Counted from the first letter of the stretch, positions 1-19,388 are shown. The stretch: 64,000 nt of DNA from Blastocystis sp. Blastoise (GCA_039096225.1 JBBPEB010000009.1:930001-994000); one strand, 5' to 3'. Numbers and translations: made by a program. The notes: generated by a model from the letters alone, not told the origin.

Positions 1-554
1 TAAAGTAATAAATATCTTTTAATTATTAAGAGTACTTTTGTATTAATAATTCAAACTAAAATAAGTATAATTAAAGAAAAATTATAATATTTATCAAATA
101 ATATCAAGATATGATTACTATTTATATAATTAAACATTTATTAATTGAGAAAAACTGTATAATAAAATTTCTAAAATATTTATATAATAGTATATATAAA
201 AGGAAAGGATAAAATATAAAAAAACAAATAGATATCAAAATTATAATATTTTAAAAATAAAACAAAACAATATATGAAAAGAATAAAAAAGAATATATAA
301 TATTTTTTTAGACAAGAGAATAAGCTATTTCTCACAATAATAATTATATAGACTAATTCAAATAAAACATAAATATTTAAAGGTAGGGTATAAGTGATAA
401 TAATATGTTTTAAAAGAAAAAGTATTTTATAATCATATTGATATTATTTAAAATACTAAATATTTATAAAACTAAATGAATTGATAAAATACATAGAAAG
501 TTATAAATGAAATAACAAAGAAAAGTGAATTAATATTGAAAACTAAAAACTAAA

Positions 555-610
555 TAGAAATAGAAATAGAAATAGAAATAGAAATAGAAATAGAAATAGA
601 AATAGAAATA
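555..610. repeat. (TAGAAA)n hexanucleotide microsatellite
   Basis: About 9 tandem TAGAAA units visible in the sequence. Confidence 0.9.
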
Positions 611-967
611 AGATCAAAAATAAAACACAAGAGTTAATTAATTATCATTGATAAACAATAAATATATATAATCAATAATAAAAATGGCTAAAAAGAATAT
701 TAAAAAAAAAAGGAAATAATACTCAAAAACATATAGAATGTTAAGTAAGAATTATCAATATGTATGAATTAAATTATTTAAAATACTAAATTGAAAATTA
801 AGATTAGAAGATAACAATTAAAAGCAATTGAAATAATATTTTATAAAATATGAAATAGTTTTAATCCTAAAAAAAAATAAAAACAGAAATGAATAACAAA
901 AACATAAGAATAAATATTCATTTTTTAAAATTCAATGTAAGATATAACAATTGAGAGATAATAATTA

Positions 968-2768
968 TCTAAACTCAAGCGTAGGCTGGCGTAGCCAGTC
1001 GTGAAACGCTTGTTATTATTATTATTTTTCACATTTAATAGCTTTCTATTATCTGCTTTCTTTATATTATTTATTTATTTATGCTGTTGTTATCGTTTTA
1101 GCTATTCTATATTTAAATGTTTTCTTTTGTTCTATTTTTGTTTTGTTCTTTTTCTTTTTTTTTTTTTTATTTAAATTGTGTCGACTATTAAGATAATTCT
1201 TCAATTACTTAATATATTAAATAGTGTCAAGTTTTTAAATGTTTGGATTCAATTTAATTTAAAATATCTATTGTCCACTTTTAACTTTATATAGTATAAC
1301 TGATTTAATACTGTCAATGATTGAGATATTTAAGTTTTGTTTTTCTCCACTAATTCATCTTGCATATATATATTATTGTGTAAATATAAAGTCATAAAAG
1401 TAAGTTTAAGGTTGTAAAATTTAAAAAATTGTAAAAAGGGGTTCTTAAACTAAGAGATTCGAAATTCTAAAAAATGATTTAATATACACTAAGCTAAATT
1501 CTACAACATATTAAAAATTAAGAGAATTTCATTTTTGAAAAGTTAATTAACAATGTGTTTGAGTTGTCTAGAAATTTTAAAGAGTTAGCTTCTTTGTTTA
1601 AAATTGTGTTTTTATTATACTATGAAAATTTTGACTTTTAAAAACAAGTTTAAAGGGGTTTATTTTTTTAAATGTAGAAATAAGTTACTCAACGGACGAG
1701 ATTCAATATAAAACATTTTATTTATCAAACTATGAACTATAGTCTAAATTATATTAAAAGAAGTGACAAAAATACTCTTGAAAAAGTGTATGACCAAATG
1801 TAAAATGTTTATAAAGAGTGTTAAAATGGTAACTAATGTATTGATAGAGTTATGTTGAGTATAGTGTTTAAATATTAGAGTTTTAAATTAACTATAAGTG
1901 TGTCAATTTTTCAAAATGTATTAAAAAGCGTCATGAGGTCAGAGATTCAAGACATTAAACTATAATTAATAAATAATACAATGAGATCTATACTGTGTGA
2001 AAGTTATGTCTAAAACGATTTTGATACAGTGGATATCGAAATGGTAAAGTCTCTCTAAAAGCGATATTGTTGATACTGTTATGTATAAAAATTCTATTTA
2101 GATTGATTTCATTAATATTAATTCTAAAACTATGTGTTTAAGTCGTTAATGTGAAAATAAATGTTGATATTGTTGTGTTAAATTTGTTTTAGTTTTATGA
2201 AATGGTTAAAAATAGTTTAAACTACTTTATTCTAATCTATTTAAATTAATTTAATAAAATAAAAATATTTTTCAATACTTCACATTGTGACCCATTTCGA
2301 GATTTATTAGCTTTAGAAATTCCATAATGATTAAAAAAGTAACTAAACTATTTATAAATACAAAATATATTTAAAAAAAAATAAATAACAAATATAATGA
2401 ATCAAACAAGAATTTATATATTTTTTTTTGTTTTTAGTTTTTCAGATATTATTTAAATAATCTATTTAATTCTTATATCAGGAATTGAACCTGATAACAA
2501 TCAATAAATGATTGTTACTCTCCATATAGAGTATAAGAAGTTTTATTAAAATAATGTATAATATATATAATATATTATATATAATAAGTAACATCTAATA
2601 GATAATATTTAATAAATAATACATATTATATAATATATAATATATAATATATAATATATAATATATTATAGATAATAAGGAAAGAAATTGTATAAAAACC
2701 AAACACTTATTATTCATTGCAGCCGCGGTCCGGTGCCGTTAGGCCCCGGACCTGCGGCGTGACCCTAG
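968..2768 (+). mobile_element. Non-autonomous Helitron (rolling-circle element)
   Basis: Starts A|TC at 967/968 and ends CTAG|T at 2768/2769. A GC-rich hairpin GCCGCGGTCCGG-TGCCGTTAGGC-CCCGGACCTGCGGC (2722-2758) lies 6 nt before CTAG. A nested 5' hairpin CAAGCGT..GGCTGGC-GTA-GCCAGTC..ACGCTTG (976-1012) is followed by (TTA)n. No ORF. The 3' end is better supported than the 5' end. Confidence 0.75.
2470..2539 (-). other. tRNA-like cloverleaf / four-way junction inside the Helitron
   Basis: Minus strand TTCTTAT-ACTCT(ATATGG)AGAGT-AACAATC(ATTTATT)GATTGTT-ATCAGG(TTCAATT)CCTGAT-ATAAGAA. B-box GGTTCAATTCC. Lacks canonical linker nucleotides, so not called a functional tRNA. Confidence 0.6.
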
Positions 2769-3030
2769 TTAATTTATATTCAAATAGACTATTTTTAGTA
2801 TAGAAACAGAGAAAAATTTAAAAATTTTGTTCACCCCTGGAAATAAAAAAAATTATACAGACTTTTATTATAGGAAAAAAAAGATTTTATAAAAGGGCCA
2901 CCCTATGTTTGTTTTATGTAAAAAAATTTTGTATTTTGACATAAATCTTTTTATTTATTATCTATTAAAGTTTTTTATAAAGTTTTTAAAAATGTAATTT
3001 TTATTATTTATATATCTTATATAATATAGG

Positions 3031-3500
3031 CTCTCTTTCTTCTCAAAATAACTACAAATATGGCTCCATTTGTCTGATTCTTTTCGAGCTAAACCATGGT
3101 GATAGAAACCCATCATGATCTTGATTTCTTGGTATTAAGGTATGTTTTTACATTCATATTTTTATATATTAACTATTTTTATATTCTATAGCTAGTGCGT
3201 GGTGTATCAAGTACTCCTGGCCTGGTCTGTATTCTTTTAAAGTATATAGGTGGTTTCTGTCATCTGGAAGCATTCCTATAAGGGTTACAAAGGTTTCTAA
3301 GGTATATTCTATATATATATTTTAACTTTATAATTCATTTTTATAGTTTTTCCTTTTCCTGTGCTAGTCTTAACTTAACGTTCTTCAAAAAGGTATGTAT
3401 TATCTAATAATATTATTTTAATATACTAATTTTATATTTCTTTTTAGTGTCAGTCCTAATCAAGTAATGGAAACTAGTAGAGGCTTTAAAAAGCTGTAAA
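3031..3500 (+). pseudogene. Spliced, frame-disrupted unit resembling the 5' part of ribosomal protein L3 (uL3)
   Basis: Pyrimidine-rich start at 3031 and three clean GT-AG introns, but no continuous ORF. Fragments in shifting frames (HHDLDFL, RG-IK, CHLEAFL, GYKG, VMET) follow the order of uL3 motifs HGSLGFL, RGRIK, HLTAFLGYKAG, VET. Confidence 0.45.
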
Positions 3501-4124
3501 TAATTAAAACTCTTGCTTATTCTTATATTTATATATTTATATTATTATGTTTTTATGTGTTAATTATTAAAATTAGTAATTATTAATAAATTGTTTTGTT
3601 TTTTAAAATTTTGTTGAAAATCACTGAAATTTTTTTTACGGGAATGTCTTATAATGATTTATGTTTGGAAAACATGATTGTGTATCGATGACGCTTATGG
3701 TGTAATTAGTGACGCACTATTTGTTTTAGAAACACAATAAAAAATTTTGGCTACTGTGTGCTTTTTTTCCCCTTGGGAAAACCTGATAGTGATTATTGTA
3801 TTGTTTTAAAAATTATTAGAGCCAGAATCAAAAACAAATATAATTTAAAGAGTATTTCAATTAATTCTCAAGAATATGTATATAATATATATTTAAAAAA
3901 CAGTGTACAATGAATAGGAAAGAATCACTTACCATGAAAACTCCAAGAATAGCAAAAAAAAAATGAAAATAAAATAATATATGCATTAAAAAATGAAAAA
4001 AAAAAAAGATAAAAATGAAAATAATAAATAGAAAAGTACCCACTAGTAAAGAAGTGTTCAAAAAGATAAATATATATTTATATATAGCATACTCATAAAA
4101 ATAATTTACATACATATATATATA

Positions 4125-4567
4125 TTAATTTTGTTCTGTTTCTTGTTCATGCGGTGATGCACTTCGATCTTCATCACGTCTTGAAGAAGGTCTTAAAACC
4201 ATAAAACTAATATGTAATTCTTTTGATACAAGCATAGCAGCACCAGCGTTATTAGTTCCTTTATAATATTCTGGTGCAGAAAATAAAGAAACAACTTTTC
4301 GATTAAACATAAATTGATATCCATCTACCATTTCATGTGCACGTACAATTAAATCTAAATTAAATCGTGACATAAATTCAGCTATAGCATCTTGACCATA
4401 TTGATATGAAATCATACGTTTTCCTGCTTCCCAGTCACTTATATTCTCATTCGGATCTGACCATACTAAGTCCGTTATTACACCAAATGCAGGTATACTA
4501 TAAGGACGTTGTATTTCATTTAATTGATGAAGTGATGTTAATGAAGGAGATATACCTCCATGTACAC

Positions 4568-4606
<39 letters not shown>

Positions 4607-5319
4607 ATTATTATTATATAGAATCGAAATAATAAATCTATGTATAATGTATTACACATATAATAATAATTCATTTAATAAAAATAATATTAATAAAAAT
4701 AATATTAATAAAAAATAATAATAAATGTTTACAATATTTTTTCTCCAACAATTGCTGCAATAGGTAAATACATGAATAATACTTCAAACATCTGATACGT
4801 TTTTTCATCAAATCTCATGGTACATTCTTGTTTGAATCCATGAACTTCATTGATTTCGGGAGCTTCGTGATTTCCTCGAAGTAGAAATATATGTCCAGGA
4901 TATTTTATCTTGTAGATCATCAATAGACATAACACTTCTATTCCTCTTTTTGTTCTATCTACATAATCACCCAAAAAAAGATAATTTGTTTCAGGTGGTA
5001 TTCCACAATACTTAAAATAGCTACAGAAATATTAGTACAGTCATTAAGAATAAAAACTATATACAATAAGAGATCATCAAATTGACCGTGAAGATCTGCT
5101 ACAATGGTCACTGGAGCTTTGAGTCTTAATAGAACCGGTTCGTTTTTTATCACTTCCATTGAACTTGAAATTAGGTATTGTATCGTATCTTTAGAAATAG
5201 AACTCTATAGACCAAGGGATTTCAACGAAGAAATGTATATTTACCTTCCATGTCTCTGATCTTCGATAACCTTTCCAAAGACGTTCTAGTACATGGTCTA
5301 AATTAGGAGGAGATGTCAT
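4125..5319 (-). CDS. Ser/Thr protein phosphatase, PP1-like PPP family (4 exons)
   Basis: Motifs [43 protein letters not shown] across exons joined by GT-AG introns. Confidence 0.92.
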
Positions 5320-5804
5320 TTTGTGTGTAATATATATAGATAACGAAGAAATAAAGAATAAAAAAAATGTCTATAGTTTTAGTATAAAAACATTGTTAAC
5401 TAGTTTTTGTTGGAAAACACTAATAATCCAGTTAAAAGTATTTTATAACCGTGATTTTTTGAATTGAATAAAACTTGAACTTTTATTTGAAAATATATGT
5501 TTATTTAGATAAGAGACATATATAGTTTTTTGAATAATGTGTCGGTGTTGATTTTTGTTGGTATTTAGAGGATTTACTTGTTTTTTGGTATGTTAAAAGG
5601 AATCATGAAGTAGAAAAACAATATATATAGCAATTATTTACAGGTGTACAATGAAAAACCAGCTGAAAGAGAATTTTAAAAAGAAAAGAAAAAGAAAAAC
5701 ATTTAAATGTTGACAAATGCAAGGAAATATAGAAAACAAAAAAGAATACAATAAAATAAAGTTAAGTGTATATTTGTATGTAAAGTAAATATTTAAGATA
5801 ATGA

Positions 5805-8165
<2,361 letters not shown>

Positions 8166-8898
8166 CGTAAGCTATGATATATGATACTAAAAACTTATTG
8201 ACAAAATTGAATTAATTGTGGGAATCTACTGTATCTATTGGGAAATATCAATTTTTTTCAGTAATATGTATTTTTTAAAACTATTTTTCTTCAAAATGAG
8301 TTTATATTTGATTTTAACTATCTTTTCGACATGAAAAATGTTCATAATAGTTCGAAAGATTTGATATGTCTCAGATTTTATATGTTTTATCAAATGTTTT
8401 TTCTATTAGTGTATTCGTAACAAGTTTCTTCTATTGTTTTCTTATATTAGAGTCATCCTCAAGTAAATTCAAGAATGTGTTTGCTAATAATAAGCATGAT
8501 TATGATTATAATTCAAAAGAAAATGATGAAGTTACAATTAGTTGTCTATAATCAATAAAAAGCAAATACTATAATGTGAAAATAAGAATTCTAGCAATAA
8601 GAAAAGTGTTATATCATAAATAAAAGAAGAAATTTATAATTTATAAAGAAAATGATTATATTCATTTAAAAAAATGAATTAAAGAATTATATAAGAATAT
8701 ACAAACATATGAGAGAAATATATATATATTAAAAAAATGAATTATGATATATATAGGATACTAGGATGCTGTGAAGTGCTTAGTACAAATATATATATAT
8801 ATATAATAAATAGATAGGAAGAACAATAAAAACATAAAGATAAATAATAAAAAAACATAAAGATAGAAATTTATGTATGTATATATATATATAGTTTA

Positions 8899-9103
8899 TT
8901 ATACATAAGAGAGATCTCCAGGAGCTGCTGAAAATGTCTGAGAATTCTGAGTAATCAGTCTAGAAAATGATATATATATAAAGATTTTATGTGTATATAT
9001 ATACTGAATATTTTGTTCATTATCTTGATGCTATAGAATAAAAGAGGATATTTATATGGTGAATAGAAAGGTATAGTGTTTAATAGAGAATAAATAGAAT
9101 AGT

Positions 9104-9143
<40 letters not shown>

Positions 9144-9393
9144 TATATAATAATATAATAATATAATAATAATAATAATAATAATATATACTGTTTTTGG
9201 TTTGACAAGAGAGAGAAGAAGTAATATAATGGGAAGAATCTCGCATATAATGAGATAGCAACTTGTGTATATATACTCATATCTAAATAATATATATATA
9301 TATAGAATATCATTATAAGAATTATATCTATAGAACTATACAATTTTGAGTAAGATTGACCAAAGAAAATAAACGAAAATCTATATATATATA

Positions 9394-9472
<79 letters not shown>

Positions 9473-10487
9473 GTCATAGCAAACAACACGAGTAATAAAA
9501 AGAATATCGTGAGTGCACGTGATCATGAAAACACAAAAACACATGACTAAAATAACGGTTAACTAAAAAAATAAATATTATATATATACATGAAATATTA
9601 TATATGTATATATATATACTTTTCTAATAGAGGAAGAAGCTAAATGAAGTTGATATACACTTCGAAGTATCTATTTATTATATATATTATATATATTATA
9701 TTTATTATATATATTATAAATAGAATAAAAATAGAATATAAATAGAATTAATAGAATATATTAAATAAAAACAGATAAATCGAATAAATAGTATATATAT
9801 ACCATAAGAAGAGCAATAAGAGATACTAATACATATCCACATTCATATATTAGATTCTCAATACTATATATATATTCATTAAATATTATATATATTAATA
9901 AAATACTATATATATTAATAAAATAGTATATATATCTTAGATTTTTATAACTATATTCCTATATATCTATATACCGTATATATTTCAATAAATCTACAAT
10001 TTCATAGGTGAAGAGAGAAGTAATCATCGTACCAATACTAATAATAAATGTTGATGAAATGATAATTACAATAAACACTTTGAAATTAGGACAACTAGCT
10101 CCTGTTAATACTATTTGCATTTGAGTAAAGAAAGCAACCATAATAAATGCTCTATTGATTATAATAAAATAAAACAAATGGGATTGTATAAAAAATATAC
10201 GCTGTGAGATTCACAAGTGTGGATAAGTTATCAAGAATCTCATTGATATATATCGTTATTTTGGAATAGGAGTCAAGACCCAATATATTATAGATACAAA
10301 AGATAACTCTGAGAACAGCAAGCATTCCATAAATACTGTAAACGTATTTCTTAATTTCAAGACCAAACGAAGCATCTTGAGAAATTTCGTTTCTTGTAAC
10401 TATATGCTGATACAAGATAGCTACAACTAATATTAAATAGAAAAAGGCAGGAATCAGAAGTGGCCAGAAATCACTTATTTGAGTCAT
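8899..10487 (-). CDS. Multi-pass membrane protein, TOM1/THH1 (DUF1084)-like
   Basis: About 7 hydrophobic segments over spliced exons. The last TM reads CYLIICEILPIILLL, matching the EILP motif of this family. Confidence 0.6.
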
Positions 10488-11561
10488 TATAAAGATTTTA
10501 AGATTACTTAGAGAATAGGACGGAATTTCGAATAATTATATATATATAATAAACACAAGAATCAACACTTTTTTAAAAGACAAAAGTTTAAAGAAAAGAG
10601 AGAAACATCTCTTTATCAAAAATCGAAAATTTTCAGAAATAACTCGTTGACATCTTTATAGTGTTTCTGAGAAATTTTTGCTTTTTTTAATATTATCAAG
10701 TTAATATATTTGTTAAAAATAATAATAAAATTGAATTTGCATTGATAGAATAGATTTATTGTGATTTAGATAATTATAAAGTGGTCAACTTGTTAAATTG
10801 TTTTTTCATTATTGTCTGAAAAAGTATTTAAATATATAAGTAATATTTACTTCAATATTCAAAAAGACATTTGAGAATATTTTTAAGTTGCAAAAGTATT
10901 CTAGTGATAATAATGTAAGTGAAGAATTATTGTTTTTGGATGATTGAAAACATTCACATGTTCTTTACTTTATCTAGATTCTCTTCAATCAATTTGAATG
11001 ACAAATAGAATTCAGTGTATAATAAATGAAACATTTTCTTAAAAGAAATATTGAAATATGCTACAACAAATCATTCAGTATATCAAGTACTAAATAATCT
11101 ACATATTTCTTTGACTTTTATACGTGACATAAATACATATACTAATGAAAAAAATGATATTAATCTATGGATTAAAGTCAAAGAGATTAGATGCTTCATT
11201 ATATTTTAATATAGACAGACTAAATAGAATAATATGTAAATAGACTTTATAAAGAAGGGAAAAAAGAAGAATGAAATAGAGAAATAGGAGAAATGATTTC
11301 ATCAAATGGCAACAGTAGTAGAAGATTATAAAAAAGAAGAGCACATTCGTTTTTGGGAAATGTCACAGAAAATGGGTAGAATAGCATAACATTCGTGGTT
11401 CTCGGTAGTATGGGAAAGTCTCGTTCAACCAATCAAATAGAGGGTCTCAACCAATAATTGGAGAATTCTAGAATGGTTCATACCATAGAAACATAGAAAA
11501 GTTTTACCTAAAATTTTTTCTTTTTTTACCTTTCAAAGACAACCATCATTTTCTTATAGAT

Positions 11562-13129
11562 ATGTTGAGAAAGGTAGCTAAAAAATTAGTTCCTGAAACT
11601 TCCAGGTTAATTGAGGTTAGTCGTACGAATCAGCCAAGTGTTATTCGTCCAATTTATACACTAATTCCACCAACTCATACTCCAGATAATTGTATTTGAA
11701 TTATTTTATGTCTCTATGAATCTTAAAATGTTTAGTTTCTATATTAAATTATGTTTCTTCTAAGGAGAAACAAAATGAATACGAAGTTCTTGTAGAAGAC
11801 ACTAAATTCTCATTTATTGAAGGATATATTCGGTCAATCTCACCAAAACAGAATCTTCTTGTTGTCTCTAATGGACGTTACGCAGATAGTGTTGCTCGTA
11901 CAGCACGAGAACTTGGATGTAATGTAGATTGGTTTTTCTCAACTTTGTTATCACCTATTGATCCTCAAAGTTTAGCAAATTGTGTATGGCATAACAGTTC
12001 GATTACTCATGTATATATTAATGCCACAGAACCCTTTAGTGGAATATTGAATCCTGTCCTTACAATAATTACTAAATTACGTTCTATTCGTCCTGATTTG
12101 AATATTTTTGTTGATTATTCCAATACATATCCATTTAATCAACTTGATTTTCCTGCCATTAGTGCTGATTATGTTGTATGCTTTTATTTATTTATTATAT
12201 TTAATTAATAATTACTCACTATAGTTATTTAATAATCAGTTTTTACCAAATACAAAACAATTATCATTTCTACTCTCTAGAAAGTATATATAATTTTTTT
12301 TTGAACTATTTCTATAAGTGTTTTTTAGAATTTTCTTTAAATAAATAATAGAATATTATACTATTTATTCGTTTATTATAAATAATTATTATATTATTTG
12401 TTTATTATATATTTAATTATTATATTATTTATCATTTATTCTATATAATATTGATTATATATGTATATAGATTGAATTTAGAGGCGATGTCCTTTGAGAA
12501 GAACGACAATCCTCTTCACGATTCTTATAAGAAACAACATACGTTAACTTCTCTTAAAGGACCCATTCTAAATGAACTTGAAACGGTATTAGATTTTTAT
12601 TCTATTATATATTATATTATTTTATTATATTATTCTATTATTTATTATATTATTTATTATTATTCTATTATTTTATTATTTATAGAATTCATTATTATTA
12701 TTTAAAATATAATATATATCATTTATTATGAATAATAGTCATATATATATAATATAATATTCAATATTGTATATATATAGGAATTGAATAGTTTTGACGT
12801 TAAGAATCGTTATCCTTTATATACTGCTCTTCAAACGTCTCTTATAAATCGAATTCTATATAGACCTATTGCTGGACAAGGAAATCGAGTATATATATAT
12901 ATATATTGAATTATTATTAATTATCTAATAATAGTATTTATAATAATAATTATATATAATATATATATAGAGTGTTTGGTCTACATGCTTTTTATATCCC
13001 AATAGAGGAAATGGTGAAAGTATATATATAATATATATAATATATTATGTAAATATTATTTAAATATAGTTATTAAGAAGAATTTGAATGATATTAATTT
13101 ACCATGTGAAACTCGTTTATTACCTTCTA

Positions 13130-13167
<38 letters not shown>

Positions 13168-13547
13168 AACACAGTTTTATTGATTCTTTAAAGTTTTCAA
13201 TTATATGATTTTACAATCTATTATATATATAGATGGAAGGTATATCGATTAAATCAAAAGATTTACTTGCAGTTAATATTCAAGAAAAGTATATAATAAT
13301 AAACATATAATAAACATAATAATAAACATAATAAATATATAATAAACAATAATAAACATATAATAAACATATAATAAACATATAATAACATATAATAATA
13401 CATATATATAGAGATATGTTAGAGAAAGTATCCGATGTATTAAATAGTACATTTAAGAAGGAATCAGCATTATATAAAGTGCCTGAATCATTTCAAGATG
13501 AAGAAATTAATAATCGAAAAATCAGAATTTATGATTTTAAAACATAA
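11562..13547 (+). CDS. Class V PLP aminotransferase homologue (PhnW-like fold), apparently lacking the Schiff-base Lys, with a basic N-terminal presequence-like leader
   Basis: LLVVSNGRYADSVAR, ITHVYINATEPFSGILNPV and IFVDYS match PhnW/AGT motifs. Starts MLRKVAKKLV. Many GT-AG introns. Confidence 0.65.
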
Positions 13548-14523
13548 TTATATAGATGTTTTATAATAGGTATTCTATTTATATAAAATAATATCTCTTT
13601 TTATCAAATTCACAATCTTTATTTTTTTTGTTATTATTTCATAATCTTTTAGTATTATTCTTTTTCCTTTCATTTTTCTTCTTCATCTTTTTTTCTTTAA
13701 ACAAATAATATTTTCTTTTCTTATTTACTACTACTAAATATTTCTTTTCTTCTTTTTATCAATTTTCTATTTTTTTTTAATATTTTTTTACTTTATCTTT
13801 TGACAATTGTTTTAAAAGTATATATATATATGTTTGGCTTTTAAGATTTCAATATCTTCATACCTATAACAATATATATACAATACTCCTCTTACTCAAT
13901 ATTTTTTTTATTGAACTATATTAGTGAGGCTTTTATCTTTGAATACATTGTTTCATTTTAAACAGTCTTTTGTTGACTATATTTATTATTATTATATGTT
14001 TGACTTTTTAAAGCTTAACTCATTTCTTTTTCAATTAAGTTCTTTTTTCAAAAGCTATTTTGCAAAAGATAACTAATTATTTGTCAATCCTATTATTCTA
14101 TCATAAGAGAATCATCAAAATCTTCTTTTCAACAAAAAAGAATATATTTCTTACTATAAAAGTTTCTCACGATTTCTATGGAATTCTATTATTTCGATTT
14201 TTTATATTTAAAATAATGTATTTCTACACAAAAACACAAACAAACGTTTTAATTGGATGTTTTATGTCCTTCATTTTTGTAACAACCGTGTTTCTATAAA
14301 AAAGATGGTTTTCCTCCCCATTTGTTCATAAATAATTATGGAAATATCTCATTCCATCAAAAGTTATTCATCATAACATACAATACATGTAATTATTTTC
14401 TTCCAGAGAAAAAATATTATTATTGCAGAGTATCTCCACATGAATAATACCTCTTAATTTCTACTTGTGTTTTATTTACACTGAATTATTCATTTTTTAT
14501 TCTTTTCTTTTATTTGAAATAAT

Positions 14524-17735
<3,212 letters not shown>

Positions 17736-18392
17736 AATATCTTCTAAATAATTAAAAATGATGACGTATTTTAATTCTTTGTACTGCAAATACATTTATT
17801 TCCTAATTATATAACTATTTGTTTGAGATAAAGTACCTTTTGAATGTTTTTTTAAAAATTAGCTCTTGTTTTGTTGATCTTATGCATTATTTTGATCAAA
17901 TGTGTATTAATAAAAGAATTAAATGACAACAGACTATGAGCAAAGTAATTCTATTCCATAACGAAGTGTACAATACCACCATTATAACTTAATATTCTTT
18001 CAAAGTCATTCCTTCTCTTGATATTATACCTTAATTTGATAATAATTTAAAATTAAGCACAAAGAACAAATAAACCTTCTGATATAATCTAAAAAAGAAT
18101 TCAATGAAAATTTATGAATAAACAAGAATAAAAGATAATATTATTCCGTGGGAAATTTTTTTGTTAAAAAAAATCACATCCGAACATTCACTTGTGGACA
18201 ATACCCCTAAGAATGCGACAAAAAACAGGTTGATAAAGAGACTCGAGTCCGTCGTGAACATTTCTTGACCATTCCGATTCTTTGTTACTAAAGACCTATT
18301 TTATTCCATTCATAAACCATAATGGTATGCTAATTCACATATCAAATCACTTCAAACAACATCAAAACACTTTATTTATTCATTTTTCCATA

Positions 18393-19180
18393 ATGGCTCT
18401 TGTCAATTCTGGTGATTTCCAACACATTCTTCGTATCCTCAACACTAACATTGATGGACGTGTTAAGGTTATGTATGCCCTTACCTCTATTAAGGGTATT
18501 GGTAGACGTTTCTCTTCTATTGTCTTAAAGAAGTCCAACATCAACCTCAACAAACGGTATTTATTTAATTTTTAAATAGATTCTTGTCTATATCATAATC
18601 ATGAATTCCTTTATATTATATAAATGCGAATTTAATCAATTGTTTTTTTTTTCTATATGATAATTGCAATTTGTCTATGTTTTTTTAAATATAATAGTGC
18701 TGGTGAACTTACTCCTGAAGAAGTTGATACTCTTGTTGCTGTTATCTCCAACCCTCTTGCTTACAACATTCCTGAATGGTTCCTTAACAGACAAAAGGAT
18801 ATTCATACTGGTAAATTCAAGCAAATTGTTGCCAACAACCTTCAAGCTTCTCTTCGTGAAGATATCAACGATTTAAAGAAGATGCGGTATTTATTTATGA
18901 TTTTTAAAGAAATATATTGGCTTATATATATAATTGTTTTAATTATATGATATGAATTAAGTTTTTTATTTTACTTTGTTGAACGTTAAGAATTATGTTA
19001 TATTATGTTAATTATATTATTATTATTATATTTTATAATAATAATATACTATTATTATCATTACAATATTATTATAGTGCCCACCGTGGTTATCGTCATC
19101 ATTGGGGTGTACGTGTTCGTGGTCAACATACTAAAACTACCGGTCGTCATGGTAAGATTGTTGGTGTTGCTGGTAAGTAA
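18393..19180 (+). CDS. RPS18: 40S ribosomal protein S18 (uS13), 3 exons
   Basis: [57 protein letters not shown]. Confidence 0.98.
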
Positions 19181-19388
19181 ACACACAACATCCAAAATAT
19201 TAGTTTTTTTTAATTTTTTGAATGGATTAGAATTTTATTTAGTATGGTTTGTTAAGATTATAAAGTTATTATTATTTTTTAAAATATAATATATATACAT
19301 CACTCTTATAAACAAAATAATAATAATGAATAAGAACACATAAAACTATAACATATTGTTTTTATTTACATATATAAAAGAACTATAT

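Noticed and set aside
2470-2539. Functional ochre-suppressor tRNA or stop-codon reassignment
   Set aside because: The structure lacks canonical tRNA linkers. Intact genes end in TAA/TAG/TGA with no in-frame stops, and stops in the UTP20 copy come with frameshifts.
11405-11500. GGGAAAGTCTCG as an RNase P/MRP CR-I motif
   Set aside because: No complementary P4/CR-V partner is found downstream; adjacent CCAAT boxes suggest an ordinary promoter.
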